Shown here piece by piece: positions 19,649 through 27,307 of a stretch of DNA of 27,307 bases. Source of the stretch: Patescibacteria group bacterium (GTDB lineage Bacteria > Patescibacteriota > Minisyncoccia > UBA6257 > HR35). The position numbers and the translations under genes are program-made. Position 1 is the stretch's first letter. Each line of letters opens with the position of its first letter. Where the stretch lies: positions 17,131-44,437 of the forward strand of contig JAUQQN010000003.1 in the NCBI GenBank assembly GCA_030549845.1. The letters are read 5' to 3'. The notes below the pieces were generated by a model. The model had not been told where the DNA came from, did not search any database, and saw only the letters and a program-made list of their open reading frames with translations.

Positions 19649-20648
19649 TATCCAAAAACTTATAAAATTGTATCCTTGGGTGTTTTTATCATTAGTCTTA
19701 GCTTTTATTTTTTTGTACTCTCTGTTTACTATTTATTATCCAATTTATATTCCTGAACCGGGGGTTTCTTTTTATATTCCACCCAAAAGCAACTTAAAAA
19801 CAATTGCGGATACATTAGAAAAACAAAAAATAATTCGTTCAGCTTTTTATTTTAGAGCTTATCTAGTTATTACAAATAGACATTTAAACATAAAAGCAGG
19901 TTATTATAATTTTTATGGGTATTTAAATATTCCTAGAGTTTCAGAAATTTTGGAAAAAGGAGGTAAAGGTATTGTTGTTACCATACCAGAAGGATTAACT
20001 TTGGTTGAAATTAATGACATTCTAAACTCTAAGGGAATAAAAATTGACTTAAAAAAATACAAATTAGGAGATTTTTCAGAAATAGAGCTTTTAAAATACT
20101 TCTCTAAAGATCTACCATTAGAGGGATTTTTAGCACCTGATACTTATGAATTTTTCCAAGAAGAAAATGAAAAGGAAGTTGTTTATAAATTTTTGAAAAA
20201 TTTTGAAAGAAAATTCCTGCCTGAATTTTTAAAATTCCCAGAAAAAAATTTTTATGAAAGATTAATAATTGCTTCTATTTTAGAAAGAGAGGCTAAATTT
20301 TTTGAGGATATGAAAATTATAGCAGGAATTTTAGATAATAGATTAAAAACAAAAAAGAAATTAGAAGTGGATGCTACTGTTGCTTATATAAAATGTAAAA
20401 AGTATCCGTGCGATTGGCAAGTTACTTCTAAAGAGATAAAAACGATTGACAATCCTTATAATACTTATAAAAACTATGGCCTTCCTCCAACTCCTATTTC
20501 AAATCCTGGTTTAAATGCAATAAAGGCTAGCTTGGAACCTATTACGACAGATTATTTATATTATTTAACAGATAAAAGTGGTAAGGCTATTTTTTCTAAA
20601 ACTATTAAAGAACATCAAGCAAACATAAAGAAATACCTTAAGGATTAA
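19635..20648 (+). CDS. mltG: Endolytic murein transglycosylase MltG (YceG family)
   Basis: N-terminal TM helix, GYYNF, IIASILEREA (catalytic Glu), YNTYKNYGLPPTPISNPG. Confidence 0.9.
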   Translation: MEIIDIQKLIKLYPWVFLSLVLAFIFLYSLFTIYYPIYIPEPGVSFYIPPKSNLKTIADTLEKQKIIRSAFYFRAYLVITNRHLNIKAGYYNFYGYLNIPRVSEILEKGGKGIVVTIPEGLTLVEINDILNSKGIKIDLKKYKLGDFSEIELLKYFSKDLPLEGFLAPDTYEFFQEENEKEVVYKFLKNFERKFLPEFLKFPEKNFYERLIIASILEREAKFFEDMKIIAGILDNRLKTKKKLEVDATVAYIKCKKYPCDWQVTSKEIKTIDNPYNTYKNYGLPPTPISNPGLNAIKASLEPITTDYLYYLTDKSGKAIFSKTIKEHQANIKKYLKD

Positions 20649-20651
20649 TTT

Positions 20652-20945
20652 TTAATTCCCTTCTCTTTCTTTCTTTTCTTCATAATCTCGCCATTTTTGA
20701 GCAATTTCTGGATAGTCTTCGTCTAGTTTATTTAAAATTAAATCTCTCAAAGAATTTGAATCTACTTGTTCAACATCAGCTATTGAATCTAAAACAAATT
20801 TTAAAACTTCTTCAGCAATCAGCAAGCTTTGGTTTTCGTCATAACCTGCTTCTTTTGCTGCACTAAATACAGAGTTTTTGATTTTTTCTGGATCAAAATC
20901 TTCGATATTTCCAGATTTTTTGATAACCTTTTTTCCTTTGTCCAT
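20652..20945 (-). CDS. Stand-alone ATP-cone domain protein
   Basis: VIKKSGNIEDFDPEKIKNSVFSAAKEAG..LIAEEVLKFV matches the ATP-cone pattern (V.KrdG..e.Fd..Ki..si). Convergent with mltG; the two stops are 3 nt apart. Confidence 0.72.
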   Translation of the reverse strand: MDKGKKVIKKSGNIEDFDPEKIKNSVFSAAKEAGYDENQSLLIAEEVLKFVLDSIADVEQVDSNSLRDLILNKLDEDYPEIAQKWRDYEEKKEREGN

Positions 20946-21013
20946 AAAGTTATTGATATTAATTACGACCTTTATTTAAATTATAATAATTTAGTAAAAT
21001 AATAATTTAGCAA

Positions 21014-21085
21014 GGGCGTATAGCTCAGGGGCAGAGCGTCTCGTTCACAGCGAGAAGGTCGGAGGTTCGAATCCTCCTACGCCCA
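21014..21085 (+). tRNA. tRNA-Val (anticodon CAC), no encoded CCA
   Basis: GGGCGTA-TA-GCTC-AGGGGCA-GAGC-G-TCTCG-TTCACAG-CGAGA-AGGTC-GGAGG-TTCGAAT-CCTCC-TACGCCC-A, 72 nt, perfect acceptor and T stems. Confidence 0.9.
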
Positions 21086-22540
21086 AGTATTGTCATATTT
21101 TAGAAGTAAAATTTTAATAATTTTATTAAATTGCTTCCCTCTATCAAATTCATTTTTAAATTTTTCAAATGAAGCTGCGCCTGGGGAAAAAATAATAACA
21201 GATTTACCTTTTATTAATTCGAGAGCTTTTTTAAAGCATTCTTTTAAGCTTTCAAATATATTAGTAGTGGGATAATTAATTCTACCTAATTCTTTGATCA
21301 ATTTTTGAGTAGCACTACCATTAAGTAAAATTAAGTTTGTGGGAAGAATATTTTGTTTTATTATTTTACTAAGTTCTGAAAAATCTAAGTTTTTATCTGT
21401 TCCTCCACAAATCAATATAATATTTGTTTTTCTTCCAAAAAAGTTTTTAAATCTTAAAATTGCTGAAATTGTTGCATCAGGAGTTGTTCCTGCTGAATCA
21501 TTAACAATAATTAAATTTTTCTTTTTAAAAACAATCTGCTGACGGAATGGTGGTAAAGATAGATTAAATATATTCTTTTTAATTCTTTTTAAGAATCTTT
21601 GGGGATTAAAATTATGAAAATTTTTAAGATAAATATAAGTTGCTAAAATCGAAAACATTAAATTATAAAGATTGTGCTCTCCATAAATTTTTATGAAATT
21701 CTTTACATTAAATAATTTGATCAATCTCTCATCTCTGATATACAAAAAATTTCCTTTACAGAAAATTCCTTTATTTTTTAGATTTTTTTTACTTACAAAA
21801 TACACCTTACTTCGAGGCTTTGATTTTAAGAAAAACTTCCACCACTTGTTATCTTTATTTAAAATGAGAAAGTCATCTTCTTTTTGATTTAAAAATATAT
21901 TTGCCTTTATTTTTGCATATTCTTCAAGATTTTCATATCTATTTAGGTGATCAGTCAAAATATTAGTAATGATTGCAATATTTGGAGCTTTTAAGGATGT
22001 AGTATAAAATTCCAGTTGGAAAGAAGAGATTTCTAAAACTGAAATTGTATTATTTTTTGTTTTGTCTAAAATTTTTAATAAACTTTTCTCTGGTTGATTC
22101 CCGCCAATTAAAATTTTTCTTTTTATTTCTTTTTCAAATAACTTTAAAATTTCATATATCCACGTAGTAGTTGTAGTTTTACCCCTTGTTCCTGTTATTG
22201 CTATTATATCACCTTCAGCATACTTAAAAAACATATAACAATCATTAACTACTTCTTTATTCTTTTCTCTTGCATACAAAATAAATTTATTTTTATAACT
22301 TACACCTGGGTTTACTACAACTATATCTACAGAATCAATATCCTTTTCCCTATGTTTTCCTAGAATATATTTGGCTTTAATATTTTTTAACCTTTTCAAA
22401 GATTTCTCTAAATCTTTTTTTGATTTTAAATCAGTAATTATTAATTTTGCTCCCTTTTTATAAAACCATTTTGCTGTAGATACTCCACCCCCTAAACTTC
22501 CTAATCCAAATATCAAAACCTTTTTATTTTTAAACTCCAT
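21077..22540 (-). CDS. murD: UDP-N-acetylmuramoyl-L-alanine--D-glutamate ligase
   Basis: N-terminus KKVLIFGLGSLGGGVSTAKWFYKKGAKLIITD (MurD Rossmann), P-loop ITGTRGKTTTTTWI, ITNILTDHLNRY. The last two codons plus the stop overlap tRNA-Val antisense. Confidence 0.88.
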   Translation of the reverse strand: MEFKNKKVLIFGLGSLGGGVSTAKWFYKKGAKLIITDLKSKKDLEKSLKRLKNIKAKYILGKHREKDIDSVDIVVVNPGVSYKNKFILYAREKNKEVVNDCYMFFKYAEGDIIAITGTRGKTTTTTWIYEILKLFEKEIKRKILIGGNQPEKSLLKILDKTKNNTISVLEISSFQLEFYTTSLKAPNIAIITNILTDHLNRYENLEEYAKIKANIFLNQKEDDFLILNKDNKWWKFFLKSKPRSKVYFVSKKNLKNKGIFCKGNFLYIRDERLIKLFNVKNFIKIYGEHNLYNLMFSILATYIYLKNFHNFNPQRFLKRIKKNIFNLSLPPFRQQIVFKKKNLIIVNDSAGTTPDATISAILRFKNFFGRKTNIILICGGTDKNLDFSELSKIIKQNILPTNLILLNGSATQKLIKELGRINYPTTNIFESLKECFKKALELIKGKSVIIFSPGAASFEKFKNEFDRGKQFNKIIKILLLKYDNTWA

Positions 22541-22601
22541 TTATTAATTTTAAAAGATAGATAATTCATTTTAATACACAATTCTGCTTTAAAATATTTA
22601 C

Positions 22602-23348
22602 ATGAAATTATACATCGGAACTTCTGGATGGCAATATTATCATTGGAAAGCAAAATTTTATCCTATAGATTTGGTTTCAAAAGATTTTCTTAAATTTTAT
22701 TCTAAACATTTTAACACAGTAGAAATAAACACAAGTTTTTACCATTTAACCAAAAAAAGTACATTTGAAAAATGGAGAAATGAAATAAATAAAGATTTTA
22801 TTTTTGCCGTCAAGTTATATAGACTTTTCACCCATATCAGGAAACTTAAACTTAAAAAAGAAGACAAAGAAATTTTGAAAACTTTTTTAGAAAACTCTTC
22901 TTCATTAAAAGAAAGCTTAGGTCCAATTTTAATTCAATTACCACCTAGTTTTAGGGACTTTCTTGCTTTAAAAAAGTTTATAAAAGAATTTAAAAAAATT
23001 GCTTTTAGTGTTTTTAAAAAATTACCACCTATAGCGGTTGAGGTTAGAAACCAAAATTTATTAAAGCAAGAAACTTATCAATTTTTTAAAAAAGAAAAGG
23101 TAATTTTTGTTATTTCTGATTCACCAAGGTGGCCAACAGATATTATTAAAACGACTGATGAAGTTTATATCAGATTCCATGGAAAACCAAAATTATTTGC
23201 CTCAAAATATTCAATAGATGAATTGAAAAAATGGGCTCAGATTATCAAAAAATTGAAACCGAAAGTTCTTTATGCTTATTTTAACAATGATTTTGAAGGT
23301 TATGCAGTCGAAAATGCTTCAGAATTCAAAAAATTATTAGAAAAATAA
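22602..23348 (+). CDS. DUF72 (YecE-like) family protein
   Basis: IGTSGWQYYHWKAKFYP..FLKFYSKHFNTVEINTSFY..ILIQLPPSF..YIRFHG..YAYFNND are hallmark DUF72 motifs. Confidence 0.85.
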   Translation: MKLYIGTSGWQYYHWKAKFYPIDLVSKDFLKFYSKHFNTVEINTSFYHLTKKSTFEKWRNEINKDFIFAVKLYRLFTHIRKLKLKKEDKEILKTFLENSSSLKESLGPILIQLPPSFRDFLALKKFIKEFKKIAFSVFKKLPPIAVEVRNQNLLKQETYQFFKKEKVIFVISDSPRWPTDIIKTTDEVYIRFHGKPKLFASKYSIDELKKWAQIIKKLKPKVLYAYFNNDFEGYAVENASEFKKLLEK

Positions 23349-23453
23349 CTAATTTTTGAAGAACTTTATATTATTTACTAAATTATTTCAACAATCTGCC
23401 AACCTACACACATATGACATACATTATTCTTAATTAATGTTTCAAAAGTAATC

Positions 23454-23478
23454 ATTTTCGTAATCTGATTACGAAAAT
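23454..23478. repeat. 25-nt perfect inverted repeat (12-bp arms, 1 central nt) between convergent genes. Either a bidirectional terminator hairpin or a protein-binding palindrome.
   Basis: ATTTTCGTAATC-T-GATTACGAAAAT read directly. It is flanked by the 9-nt direct repeat ACAATCTGC at 23391..23399 and 23485..23493. There is no adjacent U-tract on the plus strand and only a weak one on the minus strand. Confidence 0.5.
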
Positions 23479-23508
23479 TGCCCCACAATCTGCTACTGGA
23501 TATTTTAA

Positions 23509-24762
23509 CTATTTAATTATCTCAATAACTTTATTTACTACAGCTGGAGATTGTATTGTATGAATTTTCTTTGTCTTATTTATTGAAAGAAGTGTATTTT
23601 TGCCAATAATTTTATCATCATAAAGCCAGTAAATATCTAGATCTAAAAAAGTATTTTTATTCCAAAAATATCTTATTTGCTTATCGGGAAATATAAATAT
23701 CATTCCCTCATAATCAACTGGTTTTTTGACAAACATGAGACCCTTCTCCCATTCGGAAGGTTCATCGGCAATCAAAAGTTTATAAATTTTTCCTTTGATT
23801 TCAAAAAGAATTAATCTTTCACTTATTTTTTCTATTTGTAAATTATTGTTTAAATAAAGCCAGCGAAAGTATATATTTTTAATTTTTTTATCTTCTATTT
23901 CAACTTCTACGAGGCCACCTTTCATTGTTTTCAAAGAAAAGTTTTGATCAAAAATAAAGTTTCCTAAAGAATAAAAAATATATTTATCTTTATACTTTTC
24001 AATTTTTTGAACTATATGTGGATGATGACCTATGATTAAATCTGCTCCTAAATCAACAGCTTTATGAGCAAAATAAATCTGATTTTTAGATGGCTCATAT
24101 TTATATTCTTCACCCCAATGAAAAATTACTATTAATATATCTACCTTTCTTTTTGTATCGTTTACTATTTTTTCAAAAATTTTTTCATCTAAATATGCTA
24201 TGCCTGGTTTTTCATTTTTTGCTTTTACATGTTTCAAAAACTCTGTAAAACTTAAAATCCCTATTTTTGTTCCATCTTTTTCCAAAATTAACGGTAAATA
24301 AGCTTCATTAAAATTTTCTCCGGCACCTATATACAAAATGTTATTTTCTTTTAAATTTTTTAAAGTATCTAGAAAAGCTTCTTTTCCATAATCCCATATG
24401 TGATTATTAGCTAAGTTTACTATTTTGATATTAGCTTTTATTAAAGATTTTAAGGCCTTAGGCTCCATTCTAAAGGAATATATACTACCAACTTTTTCTC
24501 CTTTATTAGAAACAGGTCCCTCCAAATTTACAATCACATAATCAAAAGAACTTAAGTAATTTGTAACATATTCAAATAATTTAAAGTACTCTCCTTTAAA
24601 ATTTTTATAAACTTTAGTTTTTACATATCTATCTAGCATTAAATCTCCTCCAAACAAAATTTTAACTTCCCTACTCTTACTATATGTTGAACTACAACAT
24701 AAAAAGATAGCAAATATAAGAGTGAAAGTAAAAGATATTATTAAAAATTTTCTAAGTTTCAT
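23509..24762 (-). CDS. Secreted or anchored CapA/PGA_cap-type metallophosphoesterase fused to a C-terminal DUF192 domain
   Basis: N-terminal hydrophobic signal FLIISFTFTLIFAIFLCC. CapA motifs GGDLMLDR, NLEGPVS, NLANNHIWDYG, FHWGEEY, IIGHHPHIVQ, YSLGNFIFDQ. The C-terminal ~95 aa (about 23512..23805), KGLMFVKKPVDYEGMIFIFPDKQIRYFWNKNTFLDLDIYWL, matches the DUF192 consensus. Confidence 0.8.
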   Translation of the reverse strand: MKLRKFLIISFTFTLIFAIFLCCSSTYSKSREVKILFGGDLMLDRYVKTKVYKNFKGEYFKLFEYVTNYLSSFDYVIVNLEGPVSNKGEKVGSIYSFRMEPKALKSLIKANIKIVNLANNHIWDYGKEAFLDTLKNLKENNILYIGAGENFNEAYLPLILEKDGTKIGILSFTEFLKHVKAKNEKPGIAYLDEKIFEKIVNDTKRKVDILIVIFHWGEEYKYEPSKNQIYFAHKAVDLGADLIIGHHPHIVQKIEKYKDKYIFYSLGNFIFDQNFSLKTMKGGLVEVEIEDKKIKNIYFRWLYLNNNLQIEKISERLILFEIKGKIYKLLIADEPSEWEKGLMFVKKPVDYEGMIFIFPDKQIRYFWNKNTFLDLDIYWLYDDKIIGKNTLLSINKTKKIHTIQSPAVVNKVIEIIK

Positions 24763-24794
24763 TATTAAAAATCTAAATTTAAAATAATTATATA

Positions 24795-25529
24795 ATGGAG
24801 CTGAGCGAATTTCTAAAAAAATATAAAAGGCCTGAGCCTAAAAGAAGTTTTGACCAGTTTTATGCAACAGAAGAAACAATTAAAAAAAGGATTGAGTTGA
24901 TATCTGATTATTCTAATCTTTATGCAGTAGACTCAATAATTTTTTTAGGAGACGACGATTTAACTTCTGTATTTTTAGGATTAAATTCAATTTTTAAAAA
25001 AATCTTGGTTTTAGATATTGATGAGGAAATATTAAATTTAATTGAAACTATTAGTAAAGAAAATAATTTAAACATCAAAACGTTGAAATATGATTTAAGA
25101 AATCCACTGAATATCATTTATGAGGAAATTAAAAAATTTTGTTCTCCTAACTTTATATTTTTTGATCCTCCATATACCCCTAATGGAGCTAGAATATGGC
25201 TCATAAGAGCTTTAGAAATTTTATTAGGGAAAGGCAGAAATAAAAAAAGGAAATCTTTAGAATTCTTGAAAAATAAATTTATTTTTATGTGCTATGGCTA
25301 TACTGATAAAAGCCCAGAAAGAGGAATGAAGGTTCAAAAAATTATTGATAGTTTAGGCTTAATAATTCAAGAGAAATTTCGGAAGTTTAACAAATATACT
25401 GGAGCCGAAACAATTAATAATGAAAGTGATTTATATGTATTACAACCAACACCATTTGTAAATCTAACCGAAATAGATAAATTAAGAAATCAGCATTTTA
25501 AAGATAAAATTTACACATGGGAGAATTAA
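24795..25529 (+). CDS. BpsA-like (DUF43 / branched-chain polyamine aminopropyltransferase family) catalytic-domain protein
   Basis: FDQFYATEETIKKR, FLGDDDLTS, LVLDIDEE, KYDLRNPL, FFDPPYTPNGARIWLIRA, FNKYTGAE reproduce the DUF43/BpsA C-terminal domain motif order as I recall it. Confidence 0.68.
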   Translation: MELSEFLKKYKRPEPKRSFDQFYATEETIKKRIELISDYSNLYAVDSIIFLGDDDLTSVFLGLNSIFKKILVLDIDEEILNLIETISKENNLNIKTLKYDLRNPLNIIYEEIKKFCSPNFIFFDPPYTPNGARIWLIRALEILLGKGRNKKRKSLEFLKNKFIFMCYGYTDKSPERGMKVQKIIDSLGLIIQEKFRKFNKYTGAETINNESDLYVLQPTPFVNLTEIDKLRNQHFKDKIYTWEN

Positions 25530-25612
25530 TTATTGAAACAAACTACAAAACTAGATCCCAAATATTAGATTTTTAAATTCTTATTAAATTCTTATATAAT
25601 ATATTAATAATA

Positions 25613-27220
25613 ATGGCGAAAGCTTTTCAAATTTTTTTATATTACCTTTGCTATCCTTTAATGAAATTATTATTCAAAATTGAAATTATACCAATTGGAG
25701 AAAATTACGAATTATCTTCTGAAAAATCTTTAATAATAGCTTCTAATCATACCAATTTTTTAGATCCAATTATAGGAGGATGGGCTCTTACAAGATATTT
25801 TAAGAAACTAGGATTTTCATTTAATGATATATTACCGATAAGGTATATAGCGGCTGCTGAGTATTTTGATTTTTTAAAATCTCCTCCCTTCTTTCCTGTT
25901 TCGTTAATAGTAGCTTCATTTGTAAGACTAAATGGTAGCATCCCTGTGTTAAGAGGCTCAAAAGAAAATTTAGAAAAAAAATTAAAAGTTGCTGTAGATA
26001 TTTTAAATAAAAATGGAAAAATTTTTATTTTCCCAGAAGGCAAGATAAGCCCAGATGGAAAATTACATCAAGGAAAGAGAGGTATAGGTTATCTTCATAA
26101 AACTACGAAAGCACCAATTTTACCTATTGCAATAGTTAATCTATATCAATTTGGAAAACTCCAAAATTTCATTGCATTATTAACAGGTAGAAAGAGAGTG
26201 AAAATTTATATTGGAGAACCTATTTATAATATTTATAATTTGGAAATAGAAGATATAGTATTAGTTACCATGGAAAAAATAAAAAAATTAATTGAAATAG
26301 ATGAAGTACTGCAAGAAACAAAAAGTTTAAATATTGATTTTGAAAAACATGCAATATTTACAAAAGTAATAAGAGCATTATTTTTATTGCCCTTTTTGAA
26401 TAATATACCAGATCAATTTTTAAAATTTATTTTACAGAAAACAACAAAAGATTCAGGTCCTGTTTTAAGCAAACCAGGTACAACTCATGCCATAGAAGTT
26501 TTATATACATTCCCTCAAAGAAAAATCGAGGTTTTCCGAAACGGAATTTTACATGGCATTTTCACTTATTTTTGGCATATTTATTTATCTCAACCCAAAG
26601 CTATCAGAAATAGACTAAAACTTGTTGAAAAATTAATTACAAATGAAATTGAAAATATTTTAAATCATAAGAATGAAATAAAAATTTTATCGATTGGAGG
26701 TGGTTCTTGTAGAGGCGTTATTCAAGCTATTAATTATTTAGCAATCAAAAATAAACTAAAAGAAAAGCGTATTTTGATTTTTAATTTGGACAAACATCCA
26801 GGAGTTTTTGAGCTTTCCAAAAAACTTATAAATGAAAATAATCTTACAAATTTAGTTAATTTTACGGGTATCATCGGGAGTGCTAAAAAAATAGAAGAAT
26901 TAGGTATTAATAATTCATTTGATATAATAGAAATAGTGGGTTTATTGGATTATTTTTCTGATGAAGAGTGTATAAAATTATTAAGTTTTTGCTACAAAAA
27001 TCTTCTAAATAAAAATGGCTTATTAATTTGGGGTAATATAAGGCCAAATAGTGAGATGAAATTTTTAAAAAAAATAAATTGGCCTCATATGTATTATAGA
27101 AATTTGGGTTACCTAATAAAAATTATACATTCATCAGATATCCCGATTTCAAATACAAAAATTTATGAAGAGCCCTTAAAAGTACATTGGATAATTACAC
27201 ACAAAAAGGTTACAGTATGA
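25613..27220 (+). CDS. Fusion protein: N-terminal PlsC-type lysophospholipid acyltransferase + C-terminal class I SAM-dependent methyltransferase
   Basis: Acyltransferase blocks ASNHTNFLDP (HX4D), FPEGKIS, APILPIAIV in aa ~1-230. Methyltransferase motif I ILSIGGGSCRG, acidic NLD after beta-2, FDIIEIVGLLDYF, NGLLIWGN in aa ~300-535. Single uninterrupted ORF. Confidence 0.75.
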   Translation: MAKAFQIFLYYLCYPLMKLLFKIEIIPIGENYELSSEKSLIIASNHTNFLDPIIGGWALTRYFKKLGFSFNDILPIRYIAAAEYFDFLKSPPFFPVSLIVASFVRLNGSIPVLRGSKENLEKKLKVAVDILNKNGKIFIFPEGKISPDGKLHQGKRGIGYLHKTTKAPILPIAIVNLYQFGKLQNFIALLTGRKRVKIYIGEPIYNIYNLEIEDIVLVTMEKIKKLIEIDEVLQETKSLNIDFEKHAIFTKVIRALFLLPFLNNIPDQFLKFILQKTTKDSGPVLSKPGTTHAIEVLYTFPQRKIEVFRNGILHGIFTYFWHIYLSQPKAIRNRLKLVEKLITNEIENILNHKNEIKILSIGGGSCRGVIQAINYLAIKNKLKEKRILIFNLDKHPGVFELSKKLINENNLTNLVNFTGIIGSAKKIEELGINNSFDIIEIVGLLDYFSDEECIKLLSFCYKNLLNKNGLLIWGNIRPNSEMKFLKKINWPHMYYRNLGYLIKIIHSSDIPISNTKIYEEPLKVHWIITHKKVTV

Positions 27221-27307
27221 ATTTATTAAAAATATTTGCTTTATCAGGATTAGCAAATTTTATTCTAAGTATCGGCTTTGGTCTTTTAGTATATTTCAAA
27301 AATCCAT
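27217..27307 (+). CDS. N-terminus of a membrane protein (runs off the window end)
   Basis: ATGA overlap with the preceding stop. Hand translation: MNLLKIFALSGLANFILSIGFGLLVYFKNP... (a hydrophobic helix). Not in the track because there is no stop in the window. Confidence 0.5.
   Translation, partial: MNLLKIFALSGLANFILSIGFGLLVYFKNP

Noticed and set aside
21090-21887. Three plus-strand ORFs (21090..21275, 21339..21542, 21693..21887)
   Set aside because: All are antisense inside murD.
23391-23493. A MITE or small insertion flanked by ACAATCTGC target-site duplications
   Set aside because: The sequence between the 9-mers has no terminal inverted repeats: CAACCTACAC.. at one end versus ..GAAAATTGCCCC at the other. 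The palindrome is internal, not terminal. It is kept only as a note within the spacer finding.
24920-25117. 65-aa minus-strand ORF
   Set aside because: It is antisense inside the BpsA-like gene.
25747-26043. 98-aa minus-strand ORF
   Set aside because: It is antisense inside the acyltransferase domain, which carries the HX4D and FPEG motifs in the plus frame.

Overview
This is an AT-rich, very compact window: many 4-14 nt gene overlaps, head-to-head genes 10-54 nt apart, and few Shine-Dalgarno sequences. TGA is used as a stop, so the standard bacterial code applies. The gene content and style look like a small-genome Patescibacteria/CPR-type bacterium; that is an inference and no search was run.

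Most of the window is housekeeping:
- metG.
- Peptidoglycan genes scattered rather than in one dcw block: murC, a SEDS FtsW/RodA protein, a class IV aminotransferase, a phosphohexomutase, mltG and murD.
- A complete F1Fo ATP synthase gene set.
- rtcB.
- Three tRNAs: Glu-CUC, Thr-GGU and Val-CAC.

Four things stand out:
1. A >=1003-codon ORF on the minus strand (1..3009) is missing from the supplied ORF track because it runs off the window. It starts with a textbook type IV prepilin signal (MNNIKG|FTLIE). It continues into two Ig-like domains, five tandem FN3 modules and beta-propeller-like repeats, which suggests a pilin-anchored adhesin.
2. The ATP synthase operon is split and head-to-head. 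atpD and atpC lie on the minus strand, and atpB-E-F-H-A-G on the plus strand, diverging from a 54-nt region that holds an 18-nt perfect palindrome. Epsilon is reduced to its beta-sandwich domain.
3. The truncated atpC is followed within 2 nt by an archaeal/eukaryal-type rtcB. Next comes a 395-aa protein that looks like a type II PI4-kinase-fold protein with an altered catalytic loop, then tRNA-Thr. This is the best candidate here for an undescribed module.
4. An envelope-type cluster (23509..27307) contains two unusual fusions, CapA+DUF192 and PlsC acyltransferase + SAM methyltransferase, flanking a BpsA-like (DUF43) aminopropyltransferase homologue.

I saw no CRISPR array, transposase, integrase or recognisable defence gene. 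All family assignments come from motif recognition by eye and need HMM or structure confirmation.
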